The notes beneath the pieces were generated by a model that was not told the origin of the DNA, made no database searches, and worked only from the letters and a program-made list of their open reading frames with translations. Made by a program: the position numbers and the translations under genes. From the NCBI RefSeq assembly GCF_009914755.1, contig NC_060930.1: a stretch of DNA of 64,000 bases; one strand, given 5' to 3'. The DNA comes from the human T2T-CHM13v2.0 reference genome, Homo sapiens. Shown in pieces: positions 54,300-64,000 of this stretch (the stretch's first letter is position 1; each line of letters begins with the position of its first letter).

Positions 54300-54343
<44 letters not shown>

Positions 54344-54382
54344 TCCTGTTGGTTCAGTTTTTCTAGGAACCCCTGACTAAAT
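53782..54382 (+). mobile_element. MLT2 (ERVL) LTR
   Basis: taattttatgtgttgactgg...taaagcagattgccctccctaatgtgg...atcctgttggttc...gaacccctgactaa. Confidence 0.82.
54277..54343. repeat. (TAGC)n(GATA)n tetranucleotide STR
   Basis: Seen directly. Confidence 0.95.
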
Positions 54383-54639
54383 TCCGTTTCTATGTGGCTT
54401 ACATATCCTTGCATATTTTAGCATATTTAGCATATTTTTCTACGACTGAACAAAGTCCTAGCTTCTTTATAAACATATTACGTGGGGATTATTTGGAGTA
54501 AACACTATATAGTAGCTATCACATACCATGAAAGACAACCAGTATTAAATACTTTCCCACTTACATATTCCTCTGTATCCAAATTTTACCTAAATATAGA
54601 GGTCCGTGAGGTTTTTGAACATTTCAGACAAAAATCCCA

Positions 54640-55032
54640 CTTCATGGTGTTTGCCTTTTTTATCCTCTCTGCCTAGATTACTCCTTTCTAAATATATAGG
54701 AGACTCACATCATCTAAGCTATTGTTCAAATGATTCCTTCTCTCTGAAGCCTTCCCATACTCCTTAAAGTTGCAAAAGCCCTCTCCCATTCCTTCTCCTT
54801 TTCAGTTGTTTTTTTCTCACAATATGGATCAATTTCTAATATGTTTATATTTACTTATCTATTTCATGTATTCCTTCCACAACCACCCCACTGCAACATA
54901 AGCTTCATAGGGGCTAATTATTTTTCGTTTTTTTTGTGTGTGTGTTTATATCTGTTTTGTAATTTTTCTTCAGTGCTTCAAAGTGTACCTTTTCTAGTAA
55001 GTGCTTAATATGTGTTTGCTTAATAAATAAAC
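54640..55032 (+). mobile_element. L2 3' end
   Basis: ttcaaatgattccttctctctgaagccttcc...agtgcttaatatgtgtttgcttaataaataa. Confidence 0.6.
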
Positions 55033-55253
55033 AATCTCTTTAAGAAGATTATAGAAGTTTCTCAATGATCTTCATCTACTCTGGCAGCCCACGGAGAGAC
55101 CAGTCTCTTGACTTCATGTACAGAAAAGTGGGGAGGAATGGCAACTTACTCAATAAAAATTAGAAGTTTAAAAATCAACTTTTTAAATAGGAAGGTGTGG
55201 GGTGCATGACTTATTTACATACTTTCTGATACTGGAACACTGTTGGGGGACTT

Positions 55254-55313
55254 AGAGGTTTCAGAGAGTTATTTCCTGTTGCAAGAGGTTTTGGAGAGTT
55301 ATTTCCTGTTGCA
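55254..55313. repeat. 30-bp tandem duplication (28/30)
   Basis: agaggtttcagagagttatttcctgttgca / agaggttttggagagttatttcctgttgca. Confidence 0.9.
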
Positions 55314-58300
55314 CACATTGAAACTCCTTAGAGCCCTGATATAAATGTCAGAGGTACCACTTTTAAGACTAAGAAGAAAACACTTTCACATAATACTTCT
55401 CAGCTGGTAACATAAAAACAATGTTTCAGTGGGGATGACTTCTAAGGTGGATCATGGAGATTTGGGCAGTCACCAGTTTCTTGGTAAGCATTGTAAATCA
55501 AGGATTTAAACAACATGTATTACTAATGTTATGCTTGCCTAAACACTATAGGCTCCACGGAAGATTAAATGTTTTTCCTTCTAATGCCTTTCAGTATCAA
55601 CATCATAATTATCTTCATTATCTTTGTAGTAATAAATAACTATTTAGCATTATTACATTCCACAACTTGCTTAGTGCATATTCTTTAACTTAATTCACAC
55701 AGCTACCCAAATACCCAACATTCACACATGTGAGAATGAAAGTTTTCAATGATTAAGCTTGAACAAGGAATACAATTCTAACTGTACTGTTGTGATTCTA
55801 TGCAGAAAGAAGTCCTCTGAATACAAATATGATTCAAAGCTGTTTTTAATTATACATGTTATTAAATGTGCTTTACTCATTTCCTTGATTGATTATTCTA
55901 ACACTAATACTAATAACATCTGCCAAAATATCCTGCACTTATCAAGTATCTACTATGTGTTAGAAACTGTAAACAGTGTCATGCACAGTCCTCATCCTTA
56001 GAGAAATAATAATTCCTCTGAAATATAAAGCAGTTATAAGTAGCAAATAAGTTTAGAGATGAGAGAAACTTCTGTGGGCTATGCCATTTAGTGAAGATGC
56101 TATGGGTTGACAGACATTGTAGAATGAGTGGAATTTAAACGGGTAATGATAAGAGTGGCATGTTCTAGGCAGTAGCAGCATATTTAGAAATCATGGGTAA
56201 ACCAGATTTTCTGGAGCAGAATGGTAATTTTAACAAATAGTAAGGCAAAAACTTGAGGTATACAGATTAGAGTTAACTCAAAGATGTTAAAAATCAACAG
56301 AAACAGAGTTGATTTGCCTTTAATCCCCAGAGGTTTTTCTGTTTTGATTCATAATGGATCTTTTTGGAGAATGAAGGTAAGAAGATGGCAGGCTATAACT
56401 ATGATTCAGATATATAAGGGCTTGTACCTAAACATGCTGAGAAAGTGAAAACGAAAAGTGGTGGGCAGGTATGAAAACAAATCTTATTCAAAAGTTTATT
56501 TGGGAACAAGGAATTCTGAGGTATTAGGAAAAAGGTACAGACTGCAAAGAGTTGAGATAACTGAGGGGCTGATTTCCTAGATCAGAATTTTGTAAAGCCA
56601 TCAGGTCCTCCACAGTTGTTGTAACTCACAGATTTAAACACAGCATAAAGCACTAATGTTATGCCAGCTTGAGCATTATAGGCTCCATAGAAGATTAAAG
56701 ACTTGTATTTTTTTCCATCCAGTTCCTTTCAGTGTCAACATTGTAATTATATTCATTGCCCAGGAAAGATCATTCAAGTTGTTAACGACATGAAACTTCA
56801 AATGGTGCAGCAAGGTCAGAAAAATGTAAGGTTGCAGTGGTGTGTATAATTCCTGGCCCTACTGTCTTCAGCTAAGGAACTAGGGGGGACATACTCTGAC
56901 TGTAGATCCTCATAATAGATATAATACAGTAAGTGAGCTGGCGACATAAAGTCAGGGATACAAAGAAAAGCCAGACCTGATGTGTTTTATGAATTATGAC
57001 ACAGTGAAAGAGTCCTGTAGGAGATGGACAATGGACGGAGTCATTCATTTACCACATCCATATGCACTGAAGACCAGCGATGTGGCTGATTCTACGAAGA
57101 TAGCCCTAGAAATAGCAGAGACACTTAGCAAGCTTCTGCTATATAACTGGTGTTAATCACTTTACAAGTAATATATAATTTAATCTTCATTTAGGCTCTG
57201 CACATGTAGGTGTTTTTATAGATGAGAAAATTGAGATTAAAATATTAGAGATTTTCCAAATGCCCCAAAGTTGTCAAATGGTAGTGCCAGGGAAAATTGC
57301 AATTCATCTAATTTCAAAGACAGCTCTTAAACACTATACTATAAACTGTAGTTTTGAATCCACATGATTTGGAGAATGATATTACCATTCAGGAAGTAAA
57401 TTACTCATGAAACTAGTTTTGTAAACAAAAGAATGAGTTTAGTTATGCATTGACTTTGTTCTGAAAGTAAAACTCAAAATGGGCAGTAGGTAAAATAATT
57501 GGCATTTAGGATAGATAGAAGAAATGCATGAAAATAAATATTTGGGAATCATCTACATAACAAATAATATTCAAAGCTACAAGCATGAGTGAAGTTTCCA
57601 ATGGAAAGGGTGTGCGAAGAAGAGGTCTGGCGGCTAAATGCTGCATGAAGAGTAGTGATAGCAAAAGGAAGCAGAACTAGAACAAGAAGCACAGGAAGTG
57701 TATATCCTGTGGCAAAAAGTTAAGGAAAATAGTGGTTGAAAAAAAGTGGTTAAATGAAAGCTATGTGGCATTTTGGATGTTTAGTAATGAAAACATTATG
57801 ACAAAAATTTGAAAGTGTGGACTGTTTTTACTAAAGAAGTATACACTGTCAGGTAGCAGTGCCTTGTATGATATATAATAAACAGTCATGAGAGGAATTA
57901 TTAGAATTGAGAATGAAGCCTGTGGTCTCAAACTAAGTTAAAAGTACTAACACATTTTGGGGCATAGAGCACAAGTAATGAGACAGCTAGTGAACCATAT
58001 AACATAGAGAACAACCCTACATTTTATGGTCATGCTTTCATGCATTGGAAGTTTTGTTGCATAATGTATAAGATGATTGATTAAACACATATACGTTTCT
58101 GTTTCTTAAATATCTGTTCTCCATTTTTACTTCTGTGGGAATAAGTTCTATTTTCAGTATAATAATAATGATAAAGAAAAAAATTAGCTAACTTATATTG
58201 AACACTTTATATGCCAGGCGTATTTCAAGTACCATATGGATATATGATACTTACAAAATCATATCAGATAAGTTGCTGTTACTCTTACTTTTTAGATAAG

Positions 58301-58656
58301 GAAACAGATATAGAAATATTACATAATTTGCTAATTAGATCACACATATACTAAGTGGTAGAGGCATAATTCATAACACAGTATATAATTGCCCTATCAA
58401 TGGAACAAAAAAATTGGTTATGCAGTTGTACTCAAAATTCACAACAAAATCTGAATATCACAGTATTCACATTCTTGCTTCACATTCACATACTTCCTTA
58501 AAATTCCTCACCAGAGCCAATTCAAAATAGTTCTTATCAATATGAAATACTATTAAAGCAATGGTTACAAATGAGAGGGCAAGAACTTGGGCAGGGGTGA
58601 AAAAGGAAATATGTTCTATATAGACACAATACAAACAATCTGAGGTAACGTAGTAA

Positions 58657-59004
58657 CAGGTATTTTTATTGTGCTTCATTTTACTCACTTTAGAGATACT
58701 TTTTTTTTAATTGAAGGTATGTGCCATCATGCATTGAGCAAGTCCATCAGTACCATTTTTTTCAACAGCATGTGCCTACTTTGTATCTCTATGCCAACAT
58801 TTTTTAGCAATAAGGTATTTTTAAAGTAAGATGTGTTGTTTAGACATAATGCTATTGCACACTTAATAGACTACAGTAGGGTATAAACATAACTTTTATA
58901 TGCATTTGGAAACAAAAAAAAAATGTGTGACTTGCCTTGTTATAATGTTTGTTGTATTGTCATGGTCTGGAACTGAACCTACAGTATCTACAAGGTATGC
59001 CAGT
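58657..59004. mobile_element. Internally deleted Tigger1-like DNA transposon
   Basis: tttattgtgcttcattttact...gacataatgctattgcacacttaatagactacagt...gtctggaactgaacct...aggtatgcc. Confidence 0.8.
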
Positions 59005-59732
59005 GTTGAGTTTTTATAAAAGGGACCAGACACTTCAAACATGGCAGGACATCATGAGAGGGAGCCAAGGGTTAACAACTGGATCAGGCCAGGGAACACT
59101 GAGGAGGGCCTTGTTCAAATATTTCCTTTCCCATATTTCTCATCAGACTTTCTAATCTGGTCTCAGGCCCCCATCGTCAGTCAAAACCAATTCCAACCTA
59201 TCAAAATACACTTTTGATCATTTTCTTCATAAGCTGAAAAATATTAGGTGGTCTTTTTCCACCTGCTATGAAAGATATATTTCAAATTCACAATAATGAA
59301 GTCTTCCTCTATGTGAATATCCTTCCTTTCTTTAGCCTCTCAGATTCCTACCTATTTTCCATGATGCAGTTTAAATGTCATTTATTACATAACATTTTGC
59401 CTAACTATCCAGGGAATTTATCCTCAGGGTTCTTCCTCAGGATTCTTGAAACACTCTGTGCCTGTATCTTAAGATTATTCTAAAAACGAAATAAAATAAT
59501 GCATGCAAAAAAATGTTGGAAAAAAGTGTGTAGTGTATACATAGAAGGAAAAGCAACTCTCTTTAAAACTGATGAGACAGTATTTTCGCTCTGGGCAGGG
59601 AAGGGAATGCAAGTAGCAATTCTATCTATCTTCAGAGACACTGCACAGAACAGATCCTAAGCAAACTTCCAGCAGAGGCAGATAAGCACTGTTTTACACA
59701 CAGCCTCTGTGCCAGTGCTGTCTGACAGACTT

Positions 59733-60030
59733 TCCTTAGCAAACTAACACAGGAACAAAAAACCAAATTCTGCATGTTCTCACAAGTGGGAGCTAAGTGA
59801 TGAAAACACATGGACACATAGAAGGGAAGAACATACACTGGGGCCTATTGAAGGGTGGAGGGTAGAAGCAGGGAGGAGGTCAGGAAAAATAGCTAATGAG
59901 TACTAAGCTTAATACCTGGATGATGAAATAATCTGTACAACAAACCCCCATGACACAAGTTTACCGATATAACAAACCGGCGTATGTACCCCTGAACTTA
60001 AAATAAAAGTGAAAAATAACAAAAAATTAA
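59733..60030 (+). mobile_element. L1PA13-16-like 3' end
   Basis: ccttagcaaactaacacaggaac...ctgtacaacaaacccccatgacacaagtttacc...gaacttaaaataaaag. Confidence 0.88.
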
Positions 60031-60047
60031 TGATAATTAAAAAAGAA

Positions 60048-60272
60048 ATGTAATGTGAGCTACCCATGCGAGTATTATAAGTAGTCTTAAATGTTCTAGT
60101 AGTCACACTTAAAAACTAAAAATAAACAGGGGAAACTGAATGTAATAATAGATTTATTTAATCCAATAGCTAAATTGCACTTCAATGCATAAAAAGCTTT
60201 GACACACATTCTTTATTTCACATGAGATCCTTGAACTCTGTCATCTACTTTATCCTTACAGCACAGCTCAGT
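60048..60272. mobile_element. MER33-like hAT-Charlie fragment
   Basis: ttctagtagtcacacttaaaaa...aaacagg...tttatttaatccaata...cttacagcaca. Confidence 0.6.
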
Positions 60273-60274
60273 CT

Positions 60275-60592
60275 TGTTTAATTGGCTCATAGTTCCACAG
60301 GGTGTACAGGAAGTATGGCTGGGGAGGCCTCAGGAAACTTATGATCATGGCAAAAGGCAAAGGGGAAGCAGGCACATCTTACATGGCAGGAACAGGAGGA
60401 AGAGAGTGAAGGGAGAGGTGCCATACACTTTTAAACAATCAGATCTCATGAAAGCTTACTCACTATCATGAGAACAGCAAGGGGGAAATCCATCCCTCTG
60501 ATCCAATCACCTCCCACCAGGCTCCACCTCTGACACTGGGGATTACAGTTTAACATGAGATTTGGGTGGAGACACAAATCCAAACCATATCA
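60275..60592 (-). mobile_element. MSTA-like MaLR LTR (partial)
   Basis: tttaattggctcatagttcc...ggggaggcctcaggaaactt...caaatccaaaccatatca. Confidence 0.85.
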
Positions 60593-60849
60593 ACACATAT
60601 ACAATATTTCATTTGTTTAACGATTTGCCTAGGGCTCCATTGAAGGTCACCTTGCCACCTAATGTGAACCTGGCTGTCCTGCATTTTAAAGTATTCCGAT
60701 GCAGTAAAATTAGCTTAATATACTTCCACATTGAATTTCTCAGATTCACTGAATATATTTTGTTGTTTTTTAACTACATTAATTCATCACAGCAAACAGA
60801 CTCAGTTTATTTTGAAAAGCTCAAATATTCATAAAATCCAACTTAGGCT

Positions 60850-61053
60850 TCAGAATTGTCTAATACAGTAACCCTTAGTCACATATGGCTATTTAAAATT
60901 AATTGATATAAAGTAAAATTAAATTTTCAGTTTATCAGTCACTTTAGTTGCATTTTATTGTTCAATAGCTACACATGACTAGTGGTGACTGCATTGGTCA
61001 AGTGCAGATATGAAATATTTTGTCATCTCAAAAAGTTCCATTGGACAAAACTG
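60850..61053. mobile_element. MER3 hAT-Charlie element
   Basis: gtctaatacagtaacc...agtcacatatggctattt...ctacacatgactagtgg...gttccattggaca. Confidence 0.7.
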
Positions 61054-62085
61054 CTTTAGAGATTCATAGCATACATTATAATGATGCAGTAAATTCAGAG
61101 ACTGGTAAGTTTTTTCTGACTTTAATTTATTGCTATTTTTTAAATGTTGGAAAACACATTTTAAATGTGTTTTCAATAGCCTCTCTAAAAGAAATAAACT
61201 GGCTTATATAACAATCTTTTCTGACTTCCCCTATAATATTCTGTTAGTGTTGCCAAGCATTTATTTAATTAATTTGTAAATCATATTGAGAACTTTGCCC
61301 CTAAACTGCAGTAAAACTGCCAACTATTTTAATGTTGCAATTTTTAAAAATTTTTTCTTTTATGAACCTAGAGCAAAGCAGTAAGTTAGAAGTTGCCATG
61401 GGCCAATGACTTGAAGTTAATTTCATTTACTTGTTGCTTTTTACTGCTTTTAGCTTGATTCAGATTTCTTAAACCTGCTTTCATTACCTTCTTGGTGATT
61501 TCATAAGACATAATGATTTCATAAGACATAATTGACTCTGCCCAAGATGTATTAGAAGACATTTGTACATTGTTTTTACTACCTTGTCTCCTCATAATAG
61601 AGCCTCCTGGTGTCTTAGTCATTTTATGCTGTTGTTTTCAACCAAGTTAAACTTATCAATGTAACTATGATTGAGAAATGAGTCAACTTGAAAATGATGC
61701 CGGAGTACTACAAGTGGGAACCCATTCTGGCCATGCAGTAATCTGCCAGGTTCATGAGAACTGATTTTTCCATATACGGAAATATTGTAACATGAAATAT
61801 TTGTTTTGTTTTCAATAATTTTTGAAGACTGTTTATTTATTTTACTCCTCCTCTGAGGTTTTTTTTTAAATAACATGTTTCCTATTGACCATTTACCATA
61901 TTAAATATTATTTCTTTTGTTTATGAACATTTTTTACCTGATGTCTAAATGTGCAATAAACATCTCCATTGCCAGTAAAGTCTGCAAGAATTCTAAAACC
62001 TAATGATAGAGAAAAGAAGCATGAGTTATTATAAATTATTTCAAAAGTTACTGATAAAAAAGGAAGATTGAAGTAGTAGTTTGTG

Positions 62086-62457
62086 TGTATTTGTCCATTC
62101 TCACACTGCTATGAAGAATACCCAAGACTGGGTAAATTATAAAGGAAAAGGGTTTAATTGACTCACAGTTCTGCATGCCTGGGGAAGCCTCAGGAAACTC
62201 ACAATCATGGTGGAAGGCAAAGGAGAAGCAGGTACCTTCTTCACAGGGTGACAGGACGGAGTGAGTTGAAGCAGGGGAAATGTCAGATGCTTATAAAACC
62301 ATCAGATCTCATGAGAACTCACACTATCAGGAGAACAACATGGGGGAACTGCCCCCATGATTCAATTACTTTCACCTGGTCTTCTGGATCTGTGGAGATT
62401 ATGGGGATTACAATTCAAGATGAGATTTGGGTGGGGACACAAAGCCTAACCGTATCA
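62086..62457 (-). mobile_element. THE1D/MSTA-like solo LTR
   Basis: tgtatt...ctgctatgaagaatacccaagactggg...ctaaccgtatca; flanks TTGTG/TTGTA. Confidence 0.88.
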
Positions 62458-62579
62458 TTGTAATTAGTCTTTGTCAAATAATTACAATTTTTAATAAGTA
62501 ATGGAATATTTACATATATACATATTCTGTTTTAGTAGTTTTATCATGGATAGATACATATTTGTCTCTATGTCTGTAA

Positions 62580-62582
<3 letters not shown>

Positions 62583-62621
<39 letters not shown>
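62583..62621. repeat. (TA)n microsatellite
   Basis: Seen directly. Confidence 0.95.
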
Positions 62622-63579
62622 CTATTAAAGAGTCCAAAAAAGATTAAAAATTGGAAAACAGAAAAGCTGTGGCCAAAATAAGTGGTACTAATCAGAACCA
62701 GTATAGGAAATCATCCATATAGAAAATGAGTCTAATGGTGTGGCTCAGTAAGTGTTCCATGACAACGGCTGGTTGTGTGGCCTCAACTATTTAACTTCTG
62801 AAATATAAACATCTGGATGACCTATTAACTGGAATGAGATGCACCTAAAACATAACTAATGTAAATGCACAAGGTACACACTGGGAAGAGACAGATGGAC
62901 ATGGGAGTGAGAGATGGATAGTTAGGTTAGAACAATCCACTGATGTAACTTCACGTTCAGAAGCCCAGAACAATAAAGATTTACATGGATGTTAATCATC
63001 TTGAAGTTGTCTTCCAATAAATTGATTGTCCCAATCAATAGTCAGTCTATCATTAATCCAGAGAGTATAATGTTGACTGGGTTGAGAAAATGTCTTTTCC
63101 TTTTAGAGCTATTAATATTTCTCTAACCCAGGTAGTTATGTAAATAAATGTTCTGTAATTCTAAAACATAAAATAAGTATAAAATAATAAAATTAATTAA
63201 CAATTATCAATAATTAATAATGTAATTATTTGGCACTGTTTTAAATAAATGAATCATAATATATTTTAGAATCACTGAAAAATGCATGAAATTTTAAGAA
63301 AGTTAAGCAAAACCCAAAATTTATTAAAATATTTAGAGTAACCATTCTCAGTTTTAACTGCATGTTGGAATCATTTGGGAAAGTTGTGAAAATACTAATC
63401 CACAAAAAATTAAATAAGAATTTATGAGCTCAAGAATAGGGCTTTGGAATTTTTAAAAAAGATTTCTTGTATAATTCTATTGTGCAATCAGTATTTGACT
63501 ACGCTTCCAAAAAATTTTTAAATATTGAATAGTGCTTGATGTATAAAATGTACGCTGTATAAGATTTATTTATGAGTTA

Positions 63580-63925
63580 TGTTCTTGCAAGTTCAGGCTG
63601 CTATTACAAAATTTCTTAGACTGGGTAACTCATAAACAATACATATTTATTGTTCATACTTGTGGAGGCCGGGAAGTCCAAGATTAAGGCACCAGCAGAT
63701 TTGATGTCTGGTAAGGGCCTCTTCCTCACAGATGTTGCCTTCTTTGTTCTCATGTGGTGAAAGGGGCAAACTAACTTTCTTGAGCCTCTTTTATAGAGCA
63801 CAAATCCCATTCTTGAGGATTCTGCCCTCAAAACCTAATCTCCACCTCAAGGTCCTACATCTTAATACTACTGGGAATAAAGTCCCATATAAATTTTCCA
63901 GGGACAAGAAATTTAGACCATAGCA
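63580..63925 (-). mobile_element. MLT1A/MST-like MaLR LTR
   Basis: ggctgctattacaaaa...agactggg...ggaagtccaagattaaggcaccagcagatttgatgtctgg...agaccatagca. Confidence 0.8.
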
Positions 63926-64000
63926 AATAGTAATATTAAATGTTGAAAAAGTTAATACATTAAACAAAGTACAAATTGTAGGGAATGTTACTCTCCATAC

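Noticed and set aside
61496-61531. 18-bp tandem duplication tgatttcataagacataa
   Set aside because: Ordinary slippage event with no further structure.

Overview
Primate (human-like) intergenic/intronic DNA made almost entirely of transposable elements. No cellular protein-coding gene, tRNA or rRNA is recognisable, and nearly all short ORFs in the track fall inside Alu, L1, LTR or microsatellite sequence. Two structures dominate. (1) An old ERV1 MER4-group provirus (MER34-like LTRs at 5713-6324 and ~26911-27668) sits in an L1M fragment and has been inflated to ~22 kb by nested insertions: MER50, LTR7, MER65 containing MER41, L1P containing MER61 containing L1PA, MER51, a twin-primed L1PB1, a full THE1 element and many Alus. 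(2) A 6.05-kb two-LTR HERV-K provirus (LTR14C/HML-9-like, 45665-51714, TSD CATAT, Lys PBS) sits in a Charlie1 DNA transposon. Its gag and env are broken and most of pol is deleted. Even so, all splice signals and both coding exons for a doubly spliced ~100-aa Rec-like protein appear intact, because the env lesions lie inside the predicted rec intron. The same provirus has deletion-made NC-dUTPase and protease-Env in-frame fusions and a potentially secreted truncated SU. Other oddities are two independent ~70-bp fold-back palindromes, a 1.4-kb AT-rich tract with inverted arms, a templated LTR8 snippet, a candidate non-coding exon and an unexplained ~190-bp dispersed duplication. Repeat subfamily names come from recalled consensus sequences, not from a search.
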